NCBI GenBank assembly: GCA_051750125.1
Contig: JBNJJK010000012.1
Span: 656-64,655 of the forward strand
DNA length: 64,000 nt
Direction: 5' to 3'
From: Pseudomonadota bacterium
GTDB lineage: Bacteria > Pseudomonadota > Gammaproteobacteria > Pseudomonadales > Halomonadaceae
A program made the position numbers and the translations under genes. This document shows positions 19,091-27,838 of the stretch, in pieces (the first letter of the stretch is position 1; every line of letters begins with the position of its first letter). The notes beneath the pieces are model-generated. The model saw only the letters and a program-made list of their open reading frames with translations, had not been told where the DNA came from and did no database searches.

Positions 19091-21055
19091 TTAAGAACTT
19101 TTCGACCTTAAGCTAATAACAATACGATTCCTTCCTGTCTCCTTGGCTTTGTAGAGCCCATTGTCAGCGCGCTTGATAGCGGCTTTTAAGGTCTTTTCGC
19201 CTCTTTCGATGTGCGTCACACCGAAAGAGGCGGTAATGTAAATGGTTGTAGGGACGTCGGCGTTCTCAATGGAAACCTGGGCCTGTTCCACGGCAGCCCG
19301 TATGCGTTCTGCTACTTGCTGGGCTCTATCAAGCGCGGTACTGGGAAGCAAGATGGCGAACTCCTCGCCGCCAACACGGCATAAGAGGTCTTCTTGACGC
19401 AGTAACCCTTTAATCACGTCGGTAAAACGTTTAAGTACTTCATCGCCTGCGTCATGGCCGTATTCATCGTTGATATGCTTGAAATGGTCAATATCGATGG
19501 CGATGAGGGAGATAGGCGTGTCGTGCCTTGAGGCGCGGGAAATCTCGATGCTGGCCTGCGCTTGCAAGTAGCGCCGATTGAAAACCCCGGTTAACGGATC
19601 GGTCATGGCCTGGGCGCGCAGTTTTTCTTCAAGTTGCTTCCGCTCAGTGATGTCAAAGACCGTGGCATTGGAGTACATAAAGCGATTATTTTCTCGATAC
19701 CCGACGGCTTGAATGATCACATGGCGCGTTTGGCCGTCGTCGGCCACCAGCGTGCATTCTGCTTCAGCTTGTTGGCCTGCTTTGACATCCTGAAACGCGG
19801 CTTCAACATCTGGCAGTGACGCTGGCGAAACAAAGTCTAGATAGCAACGTTGCCCGATGGCATCACGGTCCAGGTTCAGCCAGTCAAGTTCGGTCTGGTT
19901 CATTTTAAGAATCACGCCATCAGCGTTTAGTGAGTGGTAACCGCAGGGCGCGCTATCATAGAGCTTGCTGACTTCATTGGCATGCAGCACAGCCTGGTGA
20001 CGCAGCTTGCGCTGCTGATGGCTGCTAAATGACCAATAGATGCCCAATGCCACCGCCGTGGAGTAGGTGAGCAATAAAAACCAGATAACACTGGCATCAT
20101 CTTGCAGCAGCGTTTTCCAGGTGGGCATCGTTAGGCTAACTCCCAATACCCATGGGAGGGTATCGTCCTGACTGAAAATACGTCCCGCGAGTCCTTGGTA
20201 ACCTTGGCTGCGTATATCAAAACGCTGAAAACGCAATTGATGGTTTCCCAGGGTAAACGCCCCTTCGACTTGCTCGGTAACAGGCTGCCAAGGTTCAGCG
20301 GCTAATCGGGCGTAATTGTCACCAAAGCTGATCATCGGCAGTCGCTGGCTACCCTCCGTGAGCAGCCAACCCCCCTGGGCATCGGCTAAAAGAACGCCTG
20401 CATCGGGGTCAATGTGCATGGCCTGATGAACGGCCTCGGACAAGTGCTGCCAGTTGAGGCTAAGCAGGACCACGCCCTCGCGTTCGCCTTGATCGTCAAA
20501 AATGGGGGTGGCGACATTGACGACAGGTATCACTTCGCCGCTGAAAAGCTCATATTGAAGATTGCGACCGGGAGGCGAGATGTAAAGGTCACGGGCAAGG
20601 AGCTTGCTAGCGGCTTTGAAGTAATCCGTACTCGCATGACGTTTGGCAGTAAAACGCGGGTCAGAGGCAAGTTCAGTTGGTGCGCCCAGAACCTCGTTGC
20701 CCTGATGATCGATCAGGGTCAGTTTTGTGTAGCGCGGGTAATGTCTGACCAGCGTCGATAAAAAACTGCTCAATTGCGCCGACGTTGAATTCTCAGTATT
20801 TTCAGTGTCTTCGCTTGTCATGTGAGCTTTGATGATCGGCATCTCAGCGATAGCAAGCGCGTAGCTGAGCGTCTCGTTAATATCGCGCAATAAGGTGCTT
20901 TCACCGACTTGCAAAATGGCACGAGTTTCTTCGCGAATGCTTTCCTGGCGGGTTTCCAGGTGCATATGAAGCACCGGCCACAGCGTAGCGGTGACCAACA
21001 TCAACGGTAAGAGCACGGCCAAAATGAGGCGTGCGTACAAGCGCTGCTGAGTCAA
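19091..21055 (-). CDS. Membrane diguanylate cyclase (TM-Cache-like-TM-PAS-GGDEF)
   Basis: Two TM helices flanking a Cache-like periplasmic region (ATPIFDDQGEREGVV), PAS, intact GGEEF with RQED I-site. TTG start. Confidence 0.9.
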   Translation of the reverse strand: MTQQRLYARLILAVLLPLMLVTATLWPVLHMHLETRQESIREETRAILQVGESTLLRDINETLSYALAIAEMPIIKAHMTSEDTENTENSTSAQLSSFLSTLVRHYPRYTKLTLIDHQGNEVLGAPTELASDPRFTAKRHASTDYFKAASKLLARDLYISPPGRNLQYELFSGEVIPVVNVATPIFDDQGEREGVVLLSLNWQHLSEAVHQAMHIDPDAGVLLADAQGGWLLTEGSQRLPMISFGDNYARLAAEPWQPVTEQVEGAFTLGNHQLRFQRFDIRSQGYQGLAGRIFSQDDTLPWVLGVSLTMPTWKTLLQDDASVIWFLLLTYSTAVALGIYWSFSSHQQRKLRHQAVLHANEVSKLYDSAPCGYHSLNADGVILKMNQTELDWLNLDRDAIGQRCYLDFVSPASLPDVEAAFQDVKAGQQAEAECTLVADDGQTRHVIIQAVGYRENNRFMYSNATVFDITERKQLEEKLRAQAMTDPLTGVFNRRYLQAQASIEISRASRHDTPISLIAIDIDHFKHINDEYGHDAGDEVLKRFTDVIKGLLRQEDLLCRVGGEEFAILLPSTALDRAQQVAERIRAAVEQAQVSIENADVPTTIYITASFGVTHIERGEKTLKAAIKRADNGLYKAKETGRNRIVISLRSKSS

Positions 21056-21159
21056 TTGGGTCTTCCTGGTGGACGAAACGATTATTTTAGATTACGAGGC
21101 CATCATACGTCGCGAAAAGACAGGCCAATGCGCCATTAATGGCGCTGAAAAAGGGTCAT

Positions 21160-23298
21160 TTAACGTTTTGCTAACTGTAGCGGAAGTAGCTTTAATTCTT
21201 TGAGAGGGATAGGCCGAGAGAATAAAAACCCCTGCAGTAGATCGCACTGGCGTTGGCGTAAATCGTTTTGTTCTTCTAGCGTTTCAATGCCTTCGGCAAC
21301 TACCGCCAGGTTGAGGTGGTGTGCCATGGTAATGACGCCTTGAACAATGGCTGCGTTTTTCGGGTTTTCGGCAATTTCGCGAATAAATAGCCGATCCAGC
21401 TTCACCTTGTTAATCGGCAGATCACGCAGGTAACCAAGGCTTGAAAAACCTGTACCAAAGTCATCCAGCGCGACGCTAATGCCCAATGCACGCACTTGGT
21501 CAAGTAACGCAATTGCTTGGTCTGTGTCGCACATCAAGGTGCTTTCAGTGACCTCTAGCTCCAGTAGCGTGGGTGGTAAGCCACTTTTTTCCAAAGCAGA
21601 TTCCAATTCGGCCAAGAAGCCACCGCGCTGAAACTGCATGGGTGAGATGTTCACCGCCAGTTTAAGTGGCTGAGCGCGTTCGCGGTTCAGCTCGGCAATG
21701 TCACGGCAGGCGCGCTCAAGCACCCATTGGCCGATCGCAATAATTTGCCCCGTTTGTTCGGCAATGGGCATAAAATGCCCAGGCGATAACAGCCCCCGCG
21801 TGGGGTGGTGCCAGCGAATTAACGCTTCCACGCAGCAGATGGTGCTGTCCTGAGCTGCCACAATCGGCTGGTAGTAAGCCGCTAGCTGGTTGTCGTGAAT
21901 CGCCTCATGTAGCTCCCGGCGAATGATGACGTGCTCAGCAACATTGTCGACGTTCTCGCCACAGTACCATTGCCAGGTATTGCGGCCCTGGCGTTTGGCG
22001 TCTTGCATGGCAAGGTTAGCATGATGCAGAAGCTCTTGTGGCCTGGCGGCGCCGCCCCGCTCAGACGCAATGCCAATACTGGCACTTATATGTAAGCACA
22101 GTGAATCCAACGTGAACGGCTCGGCAATGGCGCTGAGGAGGCGGTGGGCGAGGTTGATGACCGCCTGCTCACTGGGGTAGCCGGTCAACATAATGACAAA
22201 TTCATCGCTGGACAAGCGTGCCACAAGATCATCGGATCGTATTAGCTGGCGTAAGCGTTGACTGATGGCTTTAAGCAGTTTGTCGCCAACCGTATGGCCA
22301 AATGCATCATTAATGGGTTTGAAATCGTCAAGATCGATATAAAAAAGCACTAAGTGTTGGTTCAGTCGAGTTTTATCTAAAAACACCTGCTCCAGATGCA
22401 TTTGTAGCGAGCCAAGGTTAGGGAGCCCCGTCAGACTATCGTGGGAAGCTTGATGGGCAATGCGTGCCTCTTGTTCACGCTGATGGGTAATATCTTCCTG
22501 CGCGCCGATAAAATGCGTACATACGCCCTGGGGGTTGATCACCGGGGTCAGCGTGAACTGATTCCAGAAGGGCGTGTTATCACGGCGGTAGTTGAGCAGT
22601 ACCACTTTAACGGTTTTGCAGTGCGCAATGGCGCGACGGATTTCTTGTATGGCGCTAGGGCTCGTGTCTTCGCCTTGTAAAAAACGGCAGTTCTGGCCGA
22701 GTACTTCTTGTCGGGTATAGCCGGTTAAGCATGTAAAGGCTTCATTCACATAAATGAGGGGGAGTCCGGGTTGGGTGGCATCAGCCACCACCATACCGTT
22801 TGGGCTTGCCTCAATCACCTGGGTTAATAAATGACGTTGCGATTCACCGAACGGGTACTGATTAATCTCTAGGCAGCGACCATAGACGCTGACTACCTTG
22901 TCCTGTTCAAACACCGCCACTAAGGTGAGGACTAGCCACTGTGAGTTCCCTAGAGCGCTGGTCGTTTTGCAATGAAACGTCTGAGCTTTGCCTGTGCAGG
23001 CGGCTTTGAAGGCCCGCTGCATGAGGGAATGATAAAAAACAGGAAGTAGGGACAAGTAACTAAGCCCCGTTATCTCGGTCTCGGTTTTGTCGAGGACTGA
23101 CAATAGTCGAGCATTCCAGCGCAGCAATTTGCCTAGCGGGTCAAGCTCAAATAGCCCCTCGGGGTAACTGTCAAATAAGGCATGATGGTGTTCATCCAAG
23201 CGATGAAGCGCGACGATGTCAGCGGTCTGGGTCGCCGCCGCGGGTATTAAGGAACGAAACGATTGAGTCACGGCAGGCAACCACGTTGATAAAGGCAA
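21160..23298 (-). CDS. PAS-PAS-GGDEF(degenerate)-EAL protein, probable c-di-GMP phosphodiesterase
   Basis: A-site reads SSDEF; EAL, DDFGTGFSSL, EGIE and QGFLFSRP are intact. Start (TTG 23298) uncertain. Confidence 0.88.
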   Translation of the reverse strand: MPLSTWLPAVTQSFRSLIPAAATQTADIVALHRLDEHHHALFDSYPEGLFELDPLGKLLRWNARLLSVLDKTETEITGLSYLSLLPVFYHSLMQRAFKAACTGKAQTFHCKTTSALGNSQWLVLTLVAVFEQDKVVSVYGRCLEINQYPFGESQRHLLTQVIEASPNGMVVADATQPGLPLIYVNEAFTCLTGYTRQEVLGQNCRFLQGEDTSPSAIQEIRRAIAHCKTVKVVLLNYRRDNTPFWNQFTLTPVINPQGVCTHFIGAQEDITHQREQEARIAHQASHDSLTGLPNLGSLQMHLEQVFLDKTRLNQHLVLFYIDLDDFKPINDAFGHTVGDKLLKAISQRLRQLIRSDDLVARLSSDEFVIMLTGYPSEQAVINLAHRLLSAIAEPFTLDSLCLHISASIGIASERGGAARPQELLHHANLAMQDAKRQGRNTWQWYCGENVDNVAEHVIIRRELHEAIHDNQLAAYYQPIVAAQDSTICCVEALIRWHHPTRGLLSPGHFMPIAEQTGQIIAIGQWVLERACRDIAELNRERAQPLKLAVNISPMQFQRGGFLAELESALEKSGLPPTLLELEVTESTLMCDTDQAIALLDQVRALGISVALDDFGTGFSSLGYLRDLPINKVKLDRLFIREIAENPKNAAIVQGVITMAHHLNLAVVAEGIETLEEQNDLRQRQCDLLQGFLFSRPIPLKELKLLPLQLAKR

Positions 23299-23418
23299 AA
23301 GTCAGGGTTGCTAGATGAGGAGAGGCACCTCATCCACTATTTCCCATTTTAAAGACGTGCGGCAGAGGCCTGCAGTCCACCGCACGCTCCGTATTAATTA
23401 ACCCACTATGCGTTCAGC

Positions 23419-24549
23419 TTAAAAAGCTTCCCACTCGGGTTCCGCTCCACTGCTTGATCGCTTTGACTCAGCGGGTAGGCGCGTGGATGAGACAGCGGAT
23501 GCTGGGCTGGTGCGAGAGGGTCGTTGAGCGTCACTGGGTAATTTAAAGCCTGCAATTAACTGGGCAAGTCGGCTTGATTCCTCTTGCAGTGAATCGGCCG
23601 CCGAGCTGGTCTGAGTGACCAGTGACACGTTCTGCTGGGTGGCTGAGTCCATTTGGGTAATGGCGGTGCTCACCTGATCAATGCCACTTTTCTGCTCATT
23701 AACGGCCAAGGCAATTTCCTGCATCAGGTCGGTGACTTGTGTAATGGCCTCAACCGTCGTGTCCATGCCTTCGCCGCTTAGTTCTGATTGGTGGACACCG
23801 TCTTTAATGCGCAGGGCGATATCATCAATGATGCCGCGTATCTCGCCTGAAGATTGGGACGTTTGCGTGGCCAGCTTACGAACCTCGCTTGCCACGACGG
23901 CAAACCCGCGGCCATGCTCACCTGCTCTGGCAGCTTCTACCGATGCATTCAGTGCCAGTATATTGGTTTGGAAGGCAATGCTCTCGATGACTTTAATAAT
24001 GTCTTGGACCTTTTTGGAGTGTTCTTCCATCTGGTTCATCAATTCGGTGGTCTGATCGAATTCCTTGCGAGTTTCAAGGGCCTTTTGCGATGCGTTTTCT
24101 GTTAGTTGGCGTGCCGAGCTTGCGGTCTGGTTGTTCTGGTGAACCGTGGATGACATCTCTTCCATGCTGGAAGCAGTTTCTTGCAGAGCACTGGCCTGCT
24201 CTTCGGTGCGAGAGGCCAAGTCATCGCTACCGCTGGCAATTTCCCGCGCGCTGTTGGCGACTAATTCTCCCGTATTGTTTAGCGTGACCATCATGTCAGT
24301 CAGCTTGCTTTGCATGGTGCGCATGGCTTGATAAAGCTGGCCAACTTCGTTGCGGCCCTCGTTCTCGATGCGGCTGGTCAAATCACCCTGCGCAATATTT
24401 TCGCAGATACTGACGGCGCGGCTGAGCGGCTGGACGATAAAGCGACGCATGCCTATTTGAAGCACAATAAACAGCACGATGGCGACAACCAGTAACACCG
24501 TAGCGATCGAGATAGCCTGGGTGCTGGCGGCATCGGCTGCAGTCTCCAT
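23419..24549 (-). pseudogene. 5'-truncated methyl-accepting chemotaxis protein (TM2-HAMP-signalling domain only)
   Basis: [34 protein letters not shown] signalling tip and HAMP. The frame is closed by TAA 11 codons upstream of the Met, so TM1 and the ligand-binding domain are absent. Confidence 0.75.
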
Positions 24550-24633
24550 TTCGTCACTATTCTGTCGGATGAGCCGGTATTATGGGTCGCAATGCCCAGC
24601 GTTGAAGATCCAACTCTTTTAAGTTTTACAAAT

Positions 24634-24655
24634 GTCGGCTTTGGGTCGCAATCTG
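24634..24655. repeat. Right copy of the inverted 22-bp motif; TGGGTCGCAAT is also repeated at 24583-24593
   Basis: GTCGGCTTTGGGTCGCAATCTG; exact 11-bp direct repeat 59 bp upstream. Confidence 0.4.
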
Positions 24656-24853
24656 TCTATGGCAAATACTCATAATTCTTAAGACCACAATAACGATGTA
24701 TGCCATCTGTGTCATCTTTGGAATAGCAGCTTAGGGCTTTCATGCGGGTAAAGCTTTGGGAGAGGATGCTCAGTCGCAAGCCTGTAGATGCTTGCTTGGA
24801 TTGAAAAACTGTCCATAGGCGTCCCAGTCGTTTCGAAGAGAGCCAATTGCAAG

Positions 24854-24873
24854 GTGTGGGTCAAAGTGTGGGT
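24854..24873. repeat. GTGTGGGT direct repeat (12-bp period), candidate integrase arm-type sites
   Basis: gtgtgggt-caaa-gtgtgggt about 57 bp from the tRNA-Ser 3' end. Confidence 0.45.
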
Positions 24874-24891
24874 TAAAAACCTTCAGACAAC

Positions 24892-24917
24892 AAAAAAGCC
24901 GCTGAAATCAGCGGCTT
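24892..24917 (-). terminator. Intrinsic terminator downstream of tRNA-Ser
   Basis: AAGCCGCTG/CAGCGGCTT stem followed by a T run on the minus strand. Confidence 0.8.
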
Positions 24918-24929
24918 AATCTATATTCT

Positions 24930-25017
24930 TGGCGGAGGAGGAGGGATTCGAACCCTCGAAGCCTTTCGACTTACACACTTTCCAGGCGTGCTCCTTCGAC
25001 CACTCGGACACTCCTCC
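24930..25017 (-). tRNA. tRNA-Ser(GGA)
   Basis: GGAGGAGTGTCCGAGTGGTCGAAGGAGCACGCCTGGAAAGTGTG...GGTTCGAATCCCTCCTCCTCCGCCA; 88 nt, long variable arm, GGA anticodon, encoded CCA. Confidence 0.97.
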
Positions 25018-25116
25018 GCATTATTTGCTCTTCGAGATCGGCGCTGCCTTTCCCTATAGAACGGCGCACATTCTATGGTCTAAGCTGCGAAATAGCAAGC
25101 CATTTTCGGATCAGGC

Positions 25117-25617
25117 CTAAGGCAGGACGGCATAGCTACCGGTGGCACTGAGACAGAGAGTATCGCCGCAGTACAAGGTTTGATCGAGCGCGATACGCCC
25201 TTTACCGCGTTTGTGCAGTTTTTCAGCCAGTGCGTCGGGGCCTTGAGGATCTTGCGGGGTACATATCAGGCGATAATCGCTCGTGACCGGCGCATGGAAG
25301 CGCTGACTGCTTTCCGCCACAACCACGTCTCGGGCCAGGCCACGCTCGCGCAACCAGAGCGTGGCCCAGCACCACCCCATCAGTGTGGTTTGTGCGGTGA
25401 GTGCCCCACCAAAGCCGGTTCCCTTGTCATTCAAGCTCGGCGCGAGTGCCAACTGCCAGATCAGGCTATCGCCCTCGCGCGCCATGTGCGTGATACCCAG
25501 CGAACCGACCATGGGAATTGCCTCGCCCAGCCACTGCTGAAAGGCAACAAGGTCATCCGGACCCTCGGGCAGCGGTAAACGGGGATGTGATACGCCCGCC
25601 TTGCGAGTAACAACCAT
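25117..25617 (-). CDS. YiiD C-terminal-like thioesterase (hotdog fold)
   Basis: AIPMVGSLGI, APSLNDKGTGFGG, VVVAESSQRFHAPV. Confidence 0.8.
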   Translation of the reverse strand: MVVTRKAGVSHPRLPLPEGPDDLVAFQQWLGEAIPMVGSLGITHMAREGDSLIWQLALAPSLNDKGTGFGGALTAQTTLMGWCWATLWLRERGLARDVVVAESSQRFHAPVTSDYRLICTPQDPQGPDALAEKLHKRGKGRIALDQTLYCGDTLCLSATGSYAVLP

Positions 25618-25619
25618 GA

Positions 25620-26180
25620 CTACGCCCAGCGTTCAACAAAGTCATCAGCTTGATGCTGCGGCAGCGGCCTATGGCGCCCGCCCGGCGTACCCAGATAGAT
25701 AAACGCGACGACCTCGTCGTCTTCCTCCATGCTCAACCCTTTGCGTACCACGGGGTCAAAGGCGTACTTGCCGCTGCGCCACATGGCACCCAGCCCGAGT
25801 GCGTGGGCCGCCAGCAGAATCCCGTGCGCCGCGCAGCCGGCCGATATCACCTGCTCCATTTTGGGCACCTTGGCAATATCCGGCGTGACCTTGGCGATAA
25901 CGGCGATCACCATCGGCGCACGCAGGGGCTTCTTGCGGGCAGCATCGAGGGCGCTATCGTCGGCATGCGGGTCTTCCTGAAACTCGGCTTCTGCGAATAG
26001 CTCCCCCAGACGCTCACGCCCTTCGCCACTAAATTCGATAAACCGCCAGGGGCGAAGCTCTTTATGATCAGGCGCGCGCAAGGCGGCCTGATAGATAGCG
26101 CTAAGCTGCTCGGCGGAGGGGGCAGGCTCCATCAACTTGCCCATTGAGCTACGTTCGTGCAGCAGCGTAAGTGCGTCCAT
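25620..26180 (-). CDS. Nitroreductase family protein (YdjA-like)
   Basis: ALRAPDHKELRPWRF, RAPMVIAV, LGAMWRSG. Confidence 0.9.
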   Translation of the reverse strand: MDALTLLHERSSMGKLMEPAPSAEQLSAIYQAALRAPDHKELRPWRFIEFSGEGRERLGELFAEAEFQEDPHADDSALDAARKKPLRAPMVIAVIAKVTPDIAKVPKMEQVISAGCAAHGILLAAHALGLGAMWRSGKYAFDPVVRKGLSMEEDDEVVAFIYLGTPGGRHRPLPQHQADDFVERWA

Positions 26181-26228
26181 GATGACTCCATCTGATCAAT
26201 GGTATGAGCGCTAGGTTAGCGCAATCAT

Positions 26229-27062
26229 TTATTGTCTTGCCAGGCGCAGCGGGCTCGGCGGCGAGAGGCCGGGCGTTGCCCGCCAGGGGCTGATGTCCAA
26301 CCCGCCCCGGCGTACGTAACGCGCCAGCACCAATAGCTCGCTTGGCGCTGCACGTTGCATCAGGTCGGTAAAAATATGCTCGACGCAGTGCTCGTGAAAA
26401 TCCTGGTGCTGGCGATAGCCGATCACGTAGCGCAGCAGTCCTTCCCGATCAAGCTTGCGACCTTTATAGCGAATCATCACGCTGCCCCAGTCGGGCTGGC
26501 CGGTGACCGGGCAGTTGGATTTCAAAAGGTGCGAATTAAGCGTCTCTTCCACCACCTCATCACCGACCGCCAGATGGTCGGCGCTCGGGGTGTAGTCACT
26601 GACATCGATATCCAGCCCGTCCAGGCACTCTCCCGGCAAGCGCCTGGGTGTCAAGGCATCGGCGTCCACATCAAAAAGCGCTACGCCCACGGGCGCGCCT
26701 GCCGCTAGCGTCAAATCCTTGGTCAGCGTGTTGATGACCTCTTCACGATCGGCAAAGCGGGTCTGGTTGAAGCTGTTGAGATAAAGCTTCCAGGATTTCG
26801 ACTCAATCAGGTTCGGCGATACGGCAGGCAGCCGAAAGCGTGCGACAGCCACGATAGGCTTCCCTCGCCCGTTCAGCCACGACACCTCGAAAGCGTGCCA
26901 TTCATCTTCACCGATAAACGGTAGCTGGCCTTCCACAATGCCCAGCGGGGCGCGGTTGGCCGCGCGCGGAATCGGATACAGAAGCGCGGAGTCATACTGC
27001 GCAGGATAGGCGGACTCGCGGCCCAGCGGGGCATGCGCCAGCGTTTCGGGTCGATGCGACAT
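26229..27062 (-). CDS. queF: NADPH-dependent 7-cyano-7-deazaguanine reductase (type II)
   Basis: IESKSWKLYLNS, LKSNCPVTGQPDWG, FHEHCVE, RRGGLDISP. Confidence 0.96.
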   Translation of the reverse strand: MSHRPETLAHAPLGRESAYPAQYDSALLYPIPRAANRAPLGIVEGQLPFIGEDEWHAFEVSWLNGRGKPIVAVARFRLPAVSPNLIESKSWKLYLNSFNQTRFADREEVINTLTKDLTLAAGAPVGVALFDVDADALTPRRLPGECLDGLDIDVSDYTPSADHLAVGDEVVEETLNSHLLKSNCPVTGQPDWGSVMIRYKGRKLDREGLLRYVIGYRQHQDFHEHCVEHIFTDLMQRAAPSELLVLARYVRRGGLDISPWRATPGLSPPSPLRLARQ

Positions 27063-27064
27063 GA

Positions 27065-27838
27065 TTAACTCCGGATTCCCTTACCGTTCTCCAGCATGCG
27101 CAGCGCCACCACAAAAAGCACCACGATAAAGCCTACTATGGCAGCAAGCGCCCAGCCAACCGGGATATCCGAGACCCCCAGGAAGCCGTAACGGAAGACA
27201 TTGACCATATACAAGATGGGGTTGAGCATCGATACGCCCTGCCACAGATCGGGCAGCATGGAAATCGAGTAAAACACGCCACCCAAATAGGTCAGCGGTG
27301 TCAGAATAAAGGTGGGTACGATCGAGATATCATCAAACTTGTTGGCCAAAAGCGCGTTGATAAAGCCGCCGATGGAAAACAGCGCTGAGGTCAGCACCAC
27401 CACAAGCACGGTCAGTAGCGGATGCTCCACGGTCAGGCGAGTAAAGAACAGCGATACCACCGTCACGATGAGCCCTACCCCCAGGCCCCGCGCCATACCG
27501 CCCAGAATAAAACCGGACAAGATGACCCAGTTAGGCATGGGCGACACCATCATCTCCTCGATCGAACGCTGAAACTTGTTCGAGAAGAAACTGGAGGCCA
27601 CATTGGAATAGCTGTTGGTAATCACAGACATCATGATGAGGCCGGGGACGATGAAATCCATGTAGGTGAAACCATCCATGGCGCCAATCCGCGAACCAAT
27701 CAGATTGCCGAAGATAATAAAGTACATGGCCATGGTGATGGAGGGCGGCAACAGGGTCTGCGGCCATATGCGCGTAAAGCGCTTTATTTCTTTCAGGACC
27801 AGCGTCCACAGGGCGATCAGCGTTTGAGTGGCGTTCAT
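27065..27838 (-). CDS. yadH: ABC-2 type transporter permease (YadH-like)
   Basis: RIWPQTLLPP, FIVPGLIMM, TPLTYLGGVFYSI. Confidence 0.9.
   Translation of the reverse strand: MNATQTLIALWTLVLKEIKRFTRIWPQTLLPPSITMAMYFIIFGNLIGSRIGAMDGFTYMDFIVPGLIMMSVITNSYSNVASSFFSNKFQRSIEEMMVSPMPNWVILSGFILGGMARGLGVGLIVTVVSLFFTRLTVEHPLLTVLVVVLTSALFSIGGFINALLANKFDDISIVPTFILTPLTYLGGVFYSISMLPDLWQGVSMLNPILYMVNVFRYGFLGVSDIPVGWALAAIVGFIVVLFVVALRMLENGKGIRS

Larger units (their letters stand above)
1..24929. mobile_element. Genomic island (right part) integrated at the 3' end of tRNA-Ser(GGA); left end outside the window
   Basis: Abuts the tRNA 3' end at 24930. Contains umuDC, DUF932, ERF, YqaJ, radC and IS30, with AT-rich stretches and visibly lower GC than the core genes after 25117. 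No integrase or att duplicate seen in the window. Confidence 0.8.

Noticed and set aside
24929-25120. 63-aa ORF MAEEEGFEPS...
   Set aside because: Antisense reading of tRNA-Ser.
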